Virus record (IMG/VR): IMGVR_UViG_3300046002_005654
Span: 1 to 64,000 of that record
From: a virus
DNA length: 64,000 bases
Reading direction: 5' to 3' (one strand)
The notes beneath the pieces are model-generated. The model did not search any database. It was not told the DNA's origin and saw nothing but the letters and a program-made list of their open reading frames with translations. The position numbers and the translations under genes are program-made. Below, one piece after another: positions 30,848-40,518 of this stretch. Position 1 is the first letter of the stretch, and each line of letters opens with the position of its first letter.

Positions 30848-33800
30848 TTATACAGTGTAATAAACTCCAACGTCATGGAGTATAAATTTATAATTATTAG
30901 AAGGCTGGTTAAATTCTAACTTCAATTTTATAAATGGAGCTCTTATTCTATTTCTACCAGCTCTTGGTATTAAAGCGTTCCAATCTCTAAATTTACGTCT
31001 AAGATTATTATTTCTACCTAATACTAATGGCACTAATGTTGAATCTTGATAATCATTATAAGCTTTAATATGACTAATTGTTTTATCTACAACATCTACA
31101 TTATTAAGATATACTTCAGATTTAAAATTAATATTATCAAATACACAATCTTGAGTAGCTTCTGGGTTAACATTAAAAGTTATAGAAGATGGATAATATA
31201 CTCCATAAAAAGTATTATAATTTCCAGCATATTGTCTATATATACTTTTAACATCAGGAGAGGTTGTTATAAAATAATCTCCTCTACTCATATACATACT
31301 TGGTTTATAATCATAAAAAGATATAAATTTATCTTTAATTTCATTATAAGATAATGTAAAAGATTCTTTAAGACTTTGTTTAAAAGTCATAAACACATCA
31401 TTATTTATATAATCAAATCCAGATGATATACCAGTACCTATTAATGGATTATCTATTTTAAGCTCATCTGAGCTAATGTTATTTATAAAATAAGCATGCA
31501 TACCATAATTATTAGAAAGTCCTTCTAATTGGCCTTTAAATAACATATAAGCTTTATTTATTAAATCAAAGTAATAAATTCCTTTAGATGTGTTTAATAC
31601 ACTCCACTTATTTACGGTTCCTGAAATTGTAGTTGCATATTTATATCTATCTAATACATTTCCAGTTCCTAACTGTATAGATAAACCATCACTTCCTTGA
31701 GTTTGTACTCTAGGATTGATAGATATGTAAGCAATCGCCCTATCTTGTAAAGCATATACTTCGTCATTAAAGCTAATTAAAGAGTTTATACTACCGTGCT
31801 TTCCATCTAAGGTCATTACTTCATTTAATTGAACATCAGTCCAATTATCTATTATTTCTCCACCAGACTTTAATTTAGTTGAAACTATATTTGTATCATA
31901 ATTAACTAGCCTTTTAGTAGTATAATTTAAATTTCTTCTTTTTATTAAAGTTGGTAATTGAGAATATACCTTATTATATTTATGAAATTCAGCATCTGTT
32001 GGTGAAAATTTTGTATCCCAAACATTTAAGCTTATATCATTTCTATTTTTTAAATCAATAGAGGTTTCTGTTACAAATTCAACTATTTCTTCTAATTGAT
32101 ACACTCCTATAGAGTTTATTTCAACATCAGTTTTTACTATTCTAGCAAATTTAAATGGATGAACAAATGTATCTCCTGGAGATTTTATAAATACAGTTGG
32201 ATATAATTGATTAATTTCTTTATAATCTCCTATTTCAATATAATTACTTCTAGTTTTATCTTCATAACTATTACCTCCATATATATTTCCTAAATATATT
32301 TCATTGTCAGATTTAATTAATTCTCCTATTAACGCATTATTATCACCTGTTAATCCAGTAGACGTAAATATTGATTCTAATTTTGGTCTATCCCAACTAT
32401 TTGTTGATATATCATTGTTTCCAGTAACTAAAGTAACACATCTATTTCCGTAACTATTTATAGAAATTATTCTTCTATTGAATGGCCCATTTTTGTTATA
32501 GGTAGCACTATCTCCATCTGAATAAAAACTTTTTAATGAATTTGAATACCTAAATTTATAGTCATTATTATATAAAGTACTATCTTGACCTTTTTCAGTT
32601 ATTTCTGGAAGACCATATATGTCGACTAAAGTATTATTTGGAGAAGGAGTATAATAACTTGTTATTGGAACTACAGGAATTCCAATAGTAAATGGATTTG
32701 AAGTTGTTTTTCTTTCTATATATGTTGGAGAAGCTAAAGGGCCTTGAGAAGCCGTTACAGTTATAGTTCCAGTTACCTCAGCTGATGATGTAATTTTTAA
32801 AAAATAAACATTATTTGGATTTATTAAAAATGAAGTTTCAGTTTTAAATACTGTATTAGTTCCAATAACTCCAGTTAATATTGTTCCTGAAATTGGATTA
32901 TTTCCTTCTACATCATAACATATACTAACATCATATGGTACAGTTGTAAAACCTACAGAAGGAGTTATTAAATAAGAAACTGTGCTTTCATTATAATTAA
33001 TAGGGTCTAAAGTTGTATTTATTCCTTTTTGGCCATCACTATAAAATATTAAGTTATCTACATCGACTACGGTTCCTGTATCTACTAAATCATTAACAAA
33101 TGTAAATGTGTTTCCATTTACATTACTTGTGTTAGACAATTCTCCATAACCTCTATAAAACATTGAATGAGTTACTCTTTCAGGTATTGAATCAGCTGGA
33201 TGGCTTATTAACCCTCTGTTTAAAGGATGAAAAACATTTCCTATAATTGATTCAACTGAACTTGAATATTGCGGAGATAGTCCATCAATTGCTTTACCTT
33301 CATGAACAGCAACATATGCAGCTTGAGTTAAATCTAATTCTCTAACCCATGAATTGTTTACTGAATTTTTTAAAGCTCCTTTAATTCTTAATTTTAATCC
33401 ACTTGATAGTGGAATTGTTCCTCCAAATAAAACTTCAGGAGAATACATTTGCAACATTGAATTATATTGATATAGTGTTCCAGCCCTATCAACTACTTTA
33501 TTCGCTAAGTGAACTTCAGTTTCTGGCCCGCTATTGTAGTTATTCATTACATCTAAATGACTTGCCTTTCTTAATGGCTTAACATTTCCATATAATGATG
33601 TTTGATTGCAATTTCTTTGCAATATGTTTGGCATTTTTAAAATAGAATCTGACTGAGTTTTTATATTGTCATATATTTGAGCTCCTTTTGAAGACTTTTC
33701 ATCTATCATCATTCCATTAAGAATTCCATTAGCTACTATAGTTCTATCATTTAAAGTTCTTTCAGCGACAACTATCTTATATCCAACAGGTTTATCGTAA

Positions 33801-35362
33801 TCACTTAATCCAGAAGTACTTAACCATATAAAAAAATCTGATTTTAAAGTAACGCTTAATGTATTAAAATTACCTTCTAAATTACCTGAAAGAGATTTAA
33901 AATCAGCTATCCAGTTTGGAAGAGAAAATTGTCCATAAATATTAAAAAATTCAATACCTATCCTATATATTTCTTCATCTTTAAAATATTTATTGTCTGG
34001 ATTGGTATCTGTTGTTTTTGTAAGTTCATATCTTAAATATTTTCCATCCCCTCCAAATGTATATCCATTTTCTTGAAATTTATATGTATTATAATTTAAA
34101 TTTACAGAATCATTTTTTATAAGCGTTAAATTTGAATAATCTGGAACTCCAGACACAGCGCTTAATGTAAATGGATCTCCCGTAGGAACTCCGCCAGACA
34201 ATCTTAAATTATCATATATTGTAGATGATTTTGCACTATTAAAAGAATATGCTCTACAGTCTAAATCAACTGTAAAATTTATTTCTTTATAATTTGACAA
34301 AAATAATCTATTAAATTTTGAAACTATATGTTTTGGAATTATGATATCAGAGCCTAGAAATAAAAATTCTTCTAGAGATACGGTGCTGATTATGGTTCCA
34401 TCATCATAAATATTAATACTTTTAGTAGAAGGTATTTCTCTATCATCTATTATTGATATAGAAGGAACTTCATTATATGATGTATATTTTATTGCATAAG
34501 TTTTTATATTTGTGTATGCTGGATCAATATTAGATATTGTTATACTAGTAGTAGCTCCAACAACTTCGTTTAAAGCTCCTCCACCCAAAGCTCCCTTATC
34601 TAAAGGAATCATTTCACTTAATGGAGATATCTTTGTTTGAGAAGAGTTTACTCTGTATAAATTATAAGCATACTGTATCATTCCAGCAGTATGACTTCCA
34701 CCAACTGAAACTGAATCTATAATTGGTTGCGTAAGTTTGTATTTACCAACCATATCTACCACGTTTACAGGAACATCTATTAAGTTTTCTAAATCTTTAT
34801 TTAATATAGAATGCTCTATATTTAAAAACTTAAGTTGATTATTTCCATCAACCCAATATATTTTATCTATATTTTTATTTTCAAAATTATTGATAGCTTG
34901 TATTGGTGTGTTTTTAGAAAAATTCATATCTCTTAAATACAATAATGTAATATCATAATTATCATATCTCATCTTCCAAACACAATCAAATCCATTATCA
35001 TCTGTAGTAAATAATAATAAATACGTTCTGCTATTTGCATGACCAATTATTACTTGATCTCCACTAGTAGAAGATCCGTAATTTATTTCAGTATTTTTAT
35101 ATACAATATCATCACCTCCAACATATCTAATTATTTTTTCAGTAATACCATCTGTAATTCTAGTTGTTATTACTGGAGTTGGTATTTTAAATATTAATGA
35201 ATTACCTTTTTCATTTGTAAGAGAACCAGTTGATTGAGAATCAGTAGCTATTACCCTTACGTTTTTACCTTCAAAGTAAAATTGGTTTGGATATTTACTT
35301 TTAGATATATCCTGCATCATACCGTCGTAAGAATGCGTTATTTGTTTATTTGCCATCTTCAA
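30848..35362 (-). CDS. Tail muzzle / stabilisation protein
   Basis: 1504 aa; GMMQDISKSK N-terminus, KIYWVDG, C-terminal LRRKFRDW..RNRIR; crAss synteny (ring, muzzle, cargo). Confidence 0.8.
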   Translation of the reverse strand: MKMANKQITHSYDGMMQDISKSKYPNQFYFEGKNVRVIATDSQSTGSLTNEKGNSLIFKIPTPVITTRITDGITEKIIRYVGGDDIVYKNTEINYGSSTSGDQVIIGHANSRTYLLLFTTDDNGFDCVWKMRYDNYDITLLYLRDMNFSKNTPIQAINNFENKNIDKIYWVDGNNQLKFLNIEHSILNKDLENLIDVPVNVVDMVGKYKLTQPIIDSVSVGGSHTAGMIQYAYNLYRVNSSQTKISPLSEMIPLDKGALGGGALNEVVGATTSITISNIDPAYTNIKTYAIKYTSYNEVPSISIIDDREIPSTKSINIYDDGTIISTVSLEEFLFLGSDIIIPKHIVSKFNRLFLSNYKEINFTVDLDCRAYSFNSAKSSTIYDNLRLSGGVPTGDPFTLSAVSGVPDYSNLTLIKNDSVNLNYNTYKFQENGYTFGGDGKYLRYELTKTTDTNPDNKYFKDEEIYRIGIEFFNIYGQFSLPNWIADFKSLSGNLEGNFNTLSVTLKSDFFIWLSTSGLSDYDKPVGYKIVVAERTLNDRTIVANGILNGMMIDEKSSKGAQIYDNIKTQSDSILKMPNILQRNCNQTSLYGNVKPLRKASHLDVMNNYNSGPETEVHLANKVVDRAGTLYQYNSMLQMYSPEVLFGGTIPLSSGLKLRIKGALKNSVNNSWVRELDLTQAAYVAVHEGKAIDGLSPQYSSSVESIIGNVFHPLNRGLISHPADSIPERVTHSMFYRGYGELSNTSNVNGNTFTFVNDLVDTGTVVDVDNLIFYSDGQKGINTTLDPINYNESTVSYLITPSVGFTTVPYDVSICYDVEGNNPISGTILTGVIGTNTVFKTETSFLINPNNVYFLKITSSAEVTGTITVTASQGPLASPTYIERKTTSNPFTIGIPVVPITSYYTPSPNNTLVDIYGLPEITEKGQDSTLYNNDYKFRYSNSLKSFYSDGDSATYNKNGPFNRRIISINSYGNRCVTLVTGNNDISTNSWDRPKLESIFTSTGLTGDNNALIGELIKSDNEIYLGNIYGGNSYEDKTRSNYIEIGDYKEINQLYPTVFIKSPGDTFVHPFKFARIVKTDVEINSIGVYQLEEIVEFVTETSIDLKNRNDISLNVWDTKFSPTDAEFHKYNKVYSQLPTLIKRRNLNYTTKRLVNYDTNIVSTKLKSGGEIIDNWTDVQLNEVMTLDGKHGSINSLISFNDEVYALQDRAIAYISINPRVQTQGSDGLSIQLGTGNVLDRYKYATTISGTVNKWSVLNTSKGIYYFDLINKAYMLFKGQLEGLSNNYGMHAYFINNISSDELKIDNPLIGTGISSGFDYINNDVFMTFKQSLKESFTLSYNEIKDKFISFYDYKPSMYMSRGDYFITTSPDVKSIYRQYAGNYNTFYGVYYPSSITFNVNPEATQDCVFDNINFKSEVYLNNVDVVDKTISHIKAYNDYQDSTLVPLVLGRNNNLRRKFRDWNALIPRAGRNRIRAPFIKLKLEFNQPSNNYKFILHDVGVYYTV

Positions 35363-35379
35363 AATGTCTTTTTAAGTTA

Positions 35380-36138
35380 TTAACGGAATTTTCTCAATCT
35401 TTCTTTTTCGCCAGATTTCTTGAAGAAACTTTCGTGACTTGTATTTGATAGTATCAATCTATTTATAGAATTCATAACAGATTCCATTCCATCTACGCTT
35501 GGCATTTGCAATGCTGTAAAAGCACTTGGCATATAGAAATATCTTTTTTGTTGAATATATTCAAAAGCTTTATCTGTTATCTTGCCCATTAAATACATAG
35601 GCTCTAAATAACGACTTAAAATATAATATTCCATACCAAGTAACACTTTTTCATTATCTGGTATTAAAGGATACCCATCGTCATCTGTAGCTATGCCTCT
35701 ATATGCAACTTGAACTTCTCCATCTCGTATAGAAGAAAATAAGACTCCTTTTTGTACAGAATATGTATATTCATTTCTTCTGTGATTACCTCTTAATTCA
35801 AAATCTGTGTTTCCTTGATTTTCAAATTCATTTGGATCAAAATGATAAATATTTGTAGACTCTCTCATTGCTACTGGGTGATTTAGAACTCCATCTTCAT
35901 CAGCATCCATATACCTAACTCCGCTTAATGTCAAAATATCACAAGGCAATTCAGCTTTGTGATTTTGAAGTACTAAATTAGGAGATATTTTATCAATATA
36001 TATTACTGGAGCTCCAAGCAATCTTATAAACTCTAAAGCGTATTCAGCTGCTTCTTCATAGTTTAATTCAGAAGCTAATGGATTACGAAGTATTCTCCAT
36101 AAAACAGTCCCTAAAGACTTATAATTAATTACTTTCAT
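35380..36138 (-). CDS. Tail ring / head-tail adaptor protein
   Basis: 252 aa; AELPCD, YRGIATDDDGYPLIPD; position directly before the muzzle gene. Confidence 0.75.
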   Translation of the reverse strand: MKVINYKSLGTVLWRILRNPLASELNYEEAAEYALEFIRLLGAPVIYIDKISPNLVLQNHKAELPCDILTLSGVRYMDADEDGVLNHPVAMRESTNIYHFDPNEFENQGNTDFELRGNHRRNEYTYSVQKGVLFSSIRDGEVQVAYRGIATDDDGYPLIPDNEKVLLGMEYYILSRYLEPMYLMGKITDKAFEYIQQKRYFYMPSAFTALQMPSVDGMESVMNSINRLILSNTSHESFFKKSGEKERLRKFR

Positions 36139-36709
36139 TGTTTATTGTTGTTTTATTATATAATAAATACGAATCAAATTTTTCTTTATCCTCATCGTTT
36201 ATTCTTTTTCCAAGTAATCTACTAAATGTTCTGTTAACTTTAAAAGAAAATAACTTTTTATTCATAAATACTAAGTTATATTTTTTAAAATATATTCTAA
36301 ACACGTATTTAGATGTATGATTATTTAAGTATCTTACTAGAAGTTTTTTAGATTTAGACTCTTCGTCTTCTAACCATAGTTTATTAGTGGCTACCCAGTC
36401 TACTGGAGCTGGATTATAAAGCTTTCCATTAACTATTCTAGGAACTCTTTTGTCTTTTCTTATACATAAAGTAGACCCTATATATGGAATAGTATATTCT
36501 AAGCCGTCTTCAATTATTAAATTTATTAATCCTTTATTAAATTCAGATATTATATCTTTATATTGTTTTCCAGTTATACTTATATCTATATTATTTTTAG
36601 TAAAATATTTATAATAATTATTTATACCATAATCAGTATTTATTTTACCTTCCGTTCTGTTGTTCTTGACCAGCACTGTTTGAGTCATTTTCTTTATCTT
36701 CTTTAACAT
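36125..36709 (-). CDS. IHF/HU-like conserved crAss protein (true start may be slightly downstream)
   Basis: Basic protein with IPYIGSTLCIRK, VDWVATNKLW and NNHT motifs; lies between two ring genes. Confidence 0.6.
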   Translation of the reverse strand: MLKKIKKMTQTVLVKNNRTEGKINTDYGINNYYKYFTKNNIDISITGKQYKDIISEFNKGLINLIIEDGLEYTIPYIGSTLCIRKDKRVPRIVNGKLYNPAPVDWVATNKLWLEDEESKSKKLLVRYLNNHTSKYVFRIYFKKYNLVFMNKKLFSFKVNRTFSRLLGKRINDEDKEKFDSYLLYNKTTINNESN

Positions 36710-37352
36710 TCATTTTAATAGCTAGTTCACTAACTATTTCAGCTTTAATTAAATCTACGTAATGAGGTTGTAATGGGTATTCTGTTGTATCTTCATCAAA
36801 ACAAGATGGAGCATCCGTACAATCACAACAATTTGTATAATTAAGTAAATCTAATGGATCTTCAAACACTCCTGTTATAGTTATACATTCTAATAAATCT
36901 AATGTATTCATTTCACTTAACAAGTAAATATGTTTATCATTATCTAGAAACGCAAATATAGCATTATTATATGGAGAATATTTACTATAAATAGCTTTTT
37001 CTTTTGTAGTAAAATTAAATGGTATTGCTATTCTATTTGTAGGTCTTACATTTGTAACAGCTGTTTTAACGTGTAATTCTATTGGTTGAGGAATAGGACG
37101 CTTAGTTCTTAAAATAGTGTCACATTCAAGCGTTAAGCCGCATTGGTTAGCAGATACAATCTCTAAACCTAAACATAATGTCTGAGTTATAGAAATATCT
37201 GTAGTATGTTGAAAATTATTAAGATCTTGTCTTAAATATTTACTTCTTTTTAAACCAAGTAGATATGTTATGTATCTATTTGATATTTCTCCATCGTCTG
37301 TATAAAGCTTTAAGCTTTCACGAACGTCATATATTATCTTATTTAGCTTCAT
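36645..37352 (-). CDS. Tail ring protein
   Basis: 235 aa; QTLCLGLE, ITGVFEDP, EYPL; syntenic with crAss ring proteins. Confidence 0.7.
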   Translation of the reverse strand: MKLNKIIYDVRESLKLYTDDGEISNRYITYLLGLKRSKYLRQDLNNFQHTTDISITQTLCLGLEIVSANQCGLTLECDTILRTKRPIPQPIELHVKTAVTNVRPTNRIAIPFNFTTKEKAIYSKYSPYNNAIFAFLDNDKHIYLLSEMNTLDLLECITITGVFEDPLDLLNYTNCCDCTDAPSCFDEDTTEYPLQPHYVDLIKAEIVSELAIKMNVKEDKENDSNSAGQEQQNGR

Positions 37353-37367
37353 ATGTTATTAAATAAA

Positions 37368-37403
37368 AACGCCCTCAAACTACTTATTGAGATTGAGGGC
37401 GTT
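37368..37403 (-). terminator. Intrinsic terminator after the exonuclease gene
   Basis: AACGCCCTCAA...TTGAGGGCGTT stem followed by a T tract on the minus strand. Confidence 0.75.
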
Positions 37404-37408
37404 CTGTG

Positions 37409-38344
37409 TTATTGTTTAAGTTCTTTAAATTTTAAATAATTTGTATTACTCATTTCAAAGAACCTTCCAGATTCATTGTCTTTCATAATATGTTTAATTG
37501 TTCCTCTGTTAGAGCAAACCTCTTTAATATGTTCTATATCGAAAGAACCATTAATAGGTGATGTTTGTTTAACTTTTCCATTAGCGACACCTGCATGAGT
37601 ATATGGATTTTCAAGAAACTTGATTTCGTTGTAAACATTTTCTAATTGTCTTACATCTTCATCGCAATAGTCAAGCATTTTTTGTAATGCATCTCTATCA
37701 TTTTTGAATACGATGTCCATCCATAATCCAATTTCTGTTTTAATCTTTCCTTCAAATCCTAAGAATTTAGATATATAGTCTAATTTATTTGAATTCAAAT
37801 ACAATTTAGATCTTGCAATTTTTAATGTATCAAACTGTCTATAACTTGGTAGCATTTTTAATCTGTGATATAATGCTCTAGTTCTTAACCATTTAAGGTC
37901 AAAGTTATCTCCATTATGCGCTACAATTAAATCTGCTTCGTTTAATGTTTCTATAAATTGTTCTACTAAAAAGTAATCTGATTGATCTTTATCCCAATTA
38001 AGGTTGTATACTTCGTCTTCACCAAGCCATTTATATGATACACATATAATAGCTCTTTCCTTTATAATTTGCTCAGGAGATACATTTTGTTTAAATCCAG
38101 CTCTCCAGAACCAACCAATATTTGGTGATGTTTCAATATCATATACTAATATTTTAGCTTTTACAGAAGATAATCTACTAATAGATTCTCTATTTTCTTG
38201 ATTTACTTCTCTTAAAGCTGTTTTACAATTACCTATAGTTGTTTCAAATCCTTTTAATCTAAGATGATTTCTTAATCTTTTAGAACCTTCTTTTAAATAA
38301 CCAGTTTTACTTCTTAAAAATTCTTTAATTTCAATTAACTCCAT
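37409..38344 (-). CDS. DEDD-family 3'-5' exonuclease (RNase H-like / PolB-exo-like)
   Basis: VYDIETSP, AHNGDNFD, YCDEDV. Start moved to the ATG at 38344 because the track's TTG start lies inside the promoter box. Confidence 0.85.
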   Translation of the reverse strand: MELIEIKEFLRSKTGYLKEGSKRLRNHLRLKGFETTIGNCKTALREVNQENRESISRLSSVKAKILVYDIETSPNIGWFWRAGFKQNVSPEQIIKERAIICVSYKWLGEDEVYNLNWDKDQSDYFLVEQFIETLNEADLIVAHNGDNFDLKWLRTRALYHRLKMLPSYRQFDTLKIARSKLYLNSNKLDYISKFLGFEGKIKTEIGLWMDIVFKNDRDALQKMLDYCDEDVRQLENVYNEIKFLENPYTHAGVANGKVKQTSPINGSFDIEHIKEVCSNRGTIKHIMKDNESGRFFEMSNTNYLKFKELKQ

Positions 38345-38368
38345 ATGTTGTTTTTTTTTAAACTTATA

Positions 38369-38400
38369 CAAAGTTATAACAAATAAATGACAATTCCTAA
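38369..38400 (-). promoter_or_regulatory. Bacteroidota-type promoter of the exonuclease gene
   Basis: TAACTTTG -7 box at 38376-38369; the upstream TTAGGAATT is also seen at the virion RNAP promoter. Confidence 0.55.
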
Positions 38401-38423
38401 TTTTTTAGCAATTATTTTATAAT

Positions 38424-39056
38424 TTATTTCTTAATATTAATTAATCTTAACTTATAACCTATAAATATATTCTTATTAGTATCGAATCCAGCAGAATATA
38501 TATCGCCTCTTCTATTTTGTATTCCTAAATCAACTTTAACTACAAAATTAGATAATGATGCATTATTATATGTTTCTACTCCTGTATATAAAGCAAATAC
38601 AGTTTGTTTAACAGGTACTGAAACTTCTACTTTTTTTTCTTTTATAGTATAAGTTGGTTTTATATAATTAATAGTTCCAACTGATTCAGCTTCTACGGTT
38701 AAATTTATATCTTTATTATCAAAGTTTTGACTGTATTTATTTATCTTAACGGCATTCATAAATAAATGTAATTTCTGAATACTATCTTTAGCTTTTAAAT
38801 AATCAACAACTAATTGTTTGTCTAATGGATTTACAATAGTTATTTTCTTATCTTTAAAGACAATACTATCTTTAATGATAGTATCATGTACCTTTATTGG
38901 TTTTAATGCATTAAACGAGCCGTGTTGAGCTGGTATTATAACCTCAGTATTTTGAACAGAAGGTAAAACTTTATTACTGCAACTTCTTTGTATAAATATA
39001 ACAAACAATAATACTATTATAATTATTTGATATATAAACTTTTTAATATCTATCAT
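38424..39056 (-). CDS. Membrane-anchored lysis accessory protein (spanin candidate)
   Basis: N-terminal hydrophobic helix ending in QRSC; immediately follows the endolysin. Confidence 0.55.
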   Translation of the reverse strand: MIDIKKFIYQIIIIVLLFVIFIQRSCSNKVLPSVQNTEVIIPAQHGSFNALKPIKVHDTIIKDSIVFKDKKITIVNPLDKQLVVDYLKAKDSIQKLHLFMNAVKINKYSQNFDNKDINLTVEAESVGTINYIKPTYTIKEKKVEVSVPVKQTVFALYTGVETYNNASLSNFVVKVDLGIQNRRGDIYSAGFDTNKNIFIGYKLRLINIKK

Positions 39057-39628
39057 TGTAAATATTTTTTAAACAACCAATAATAACCAGCTATTAAATT
39101 AGCTTTATCAGTTCCGTTTATAATTCTTCTAGCTCCAATTGGATCTTCTGTTTTTTCATTAAAATACATTTCTAAGCATTTACCTGTAAAATCACCAACA
39201 TTAGAACTTCCTTTCAACATTCCTTCAAACATTACTTTTGTAGCAACGTCTAAAGTTAAACATAGTTCTGGATTACTAAGTAAATTTAACTTTAATAATC
39301 TACTTAATAACTCATAATTTTCATACCAAGTAAGTTGAACAAATCCTCTTCCGTAATATATTTTATCAGGAGTATTATAAGCCACTCCAGAATGCTTTAA
39401 TTTCTTTCCGTAAGGCCTTGTTTTACCCTTACCATATTCTTCTATAGGTCTTATGGTTTTTGCAGTTTCATGGTAAGTGGTGGCTAACATGTAAGCTAGC
39501 CACCTAATATCATTTAAACCTTTACTATCCCATTCATTAAATATTGCTTCAAATCCACTAACTTGTGATTGTGATAATTTACCAAAATTTAATCTATAGT
39601 TATTATAAAAATTTAATCTATTTATCAT
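39053..39628 (-). CDS. Endolysin, glycoside hydrolase family 19-like
   Basis: AYMLATTYHET, YYGRGFVQLTWYENY, ARRIINGTDKA. Confidence 0.85.
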   Translation of the reverse strand: MINRLNFYNNYRLNFGKLSQSQVSGFEAIFNEWDSKGLNDIRWLAYMLATTYHETAKTIRPIEEYGKGKTRPYGKKLKHSGVAYNTPDKIYYGRGFVQLTWYENYELLSRLLKLNLLSNPELCLTLDVATKVMFEGMLKGSSNVGDFTGKCLEMYFNEKTEDPIGARRIINGTDKANLIAGYYWLFKKYLQ

Positions 39629-39634
39629 ATTTTT

Positions 39635-39961
39635 TTATTTAGTCATTAACCATAAAAGATAAGAAAATACTATTCCAATTAAACCTCTTTGAAACCATTT
39701 CAAAGTATCTAATTTATCTGCATCTAATATTTGTTTATCTTCTAAAGCTTGAACTCTTTTGTCTAAAGAATCTAGTAACGAAACCATTCCCTTATGACCA
39801 TTTAACGAAGAACCTATTAAGGCTGATTCTATATTTCTAACACTATCTTTTACATCTACCATATCAGATTTATAAACCTTAAAATGATTTTCTAAACGAT
39901 CTATTTTTTCCTCCATTATGCTTTTTTTTCTATTTCTTACTACTTCTCTTTCTTCGTTCAT
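39635..39961 (-). CDS. Coiled-coil protein with a C-terminal transmembrane helix (holin/antiholin candidate)
   Basis: Coiled coil plus GLIGIVFSYLLWLM; lies in the lysis cassette. Confidence 0.5.
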   Translation of the reverse strand: MNEEREVVRNRKKSIMEEKIDRLENHFKVYKSDMVDVKDSVRNIESALIGSSLNGHKGMVSLLDSLDKRVQALEDKQILDADKLDTLKWFQRGLIGIVFSYLLWLMTK

Positions 39962-39974
39962 TTTTTTTTGATAG

Positions 39975-40166
39975 TTACATTTTATCTTTTAGCTTTAATA
40001 TAGTTTCAGTTACTTTTGTACTTCCTAAATATACTGTAGCAATTATGATCCATTGAGAACCATTTAATTTTCCAAAGTATAAGTATAATGTAGCTATTAT
40101 AAATACTGTAAATGTTTTACTTATAGCCTTACCTATATATTTATCTACAAATTCTTGTCTACTCAT
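39975..40166 (-). CDS. Putative holin (2 transmembrane helices)
   Basis: 63 aa, two hydrophobic segments, upstream of the endolysin. Confidence 0.55.
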   Translation of the reverse strand: MSRQEFVDKYIGKAISKTFTVFIIATLYLYFGKLNGSQWIIIATVYLGSTKVTETILKLKDKM

Positions 40167-40186
40167 TTTTCATATTATTTAATTTA

Positions 40187-40194
40187 CAAATTTA
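40187..40194 (-). promoter_or_regulatory. Possible -7 promoter box for the lysis cassette
   Basis: TAAATTTG about 20 nt upstream of the holin start; no clear -33 box. Confidence 0.4.
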
Positions 40195-40208
40195 TTAAAA
40201 CTAATTAA

Positions 40209-40511
40209 CTATTCTCTTTCAATGCCTAAATATATTAAAACTATATCTTCTATATAAGCATTATCTGCAGCCCATTCAGTATATTGATCGTCATTTATTG
40301 GAACATTTCCTGTAGCTACAATAGTAAAAATAGTATTTGTTGTATCAAATTCTCCTTCTATTAAACTTGGATTAATTACTATTTCTTCAGAAATAACTTC
40401 GTAATAAGTATTACAAGAAGTATCTGTAGTACTATTTATTATAGGTCTAACTAAAAGTTTATTAGCTATTTTTGCAGGTAATCCTACTAGAATTGGTTTA
40501 ATGTTTATCAT
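40209..40511 (-). CDS. Tail fibre-associated small protein (possible chaperone)
   Basis: 100 aa directly after the long fibre gene; YTEWAADNAYI motif. Confidence 0.5.
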   Translation of the reverse strand: MINIKPILVGLPAKIANKLLVRPIINSTTDTSCNTYYEVISEEIVINPSLIEGEFDTTNTIFTIVATGNVPINDDQYTEWAADNAYIEDIVLIYLGIERE

Positions 40512-40518
40512 AATGTTA

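Noticed and set aside
40247-40270. Third copy of the 25-bp upstream element near the lysis promoter (TAAGCATTATCTGC)
   Set aside because: Only a short AGCATT core matches, inside coding sequence of an AT-rich genome; not distinguishable from chance by eye.
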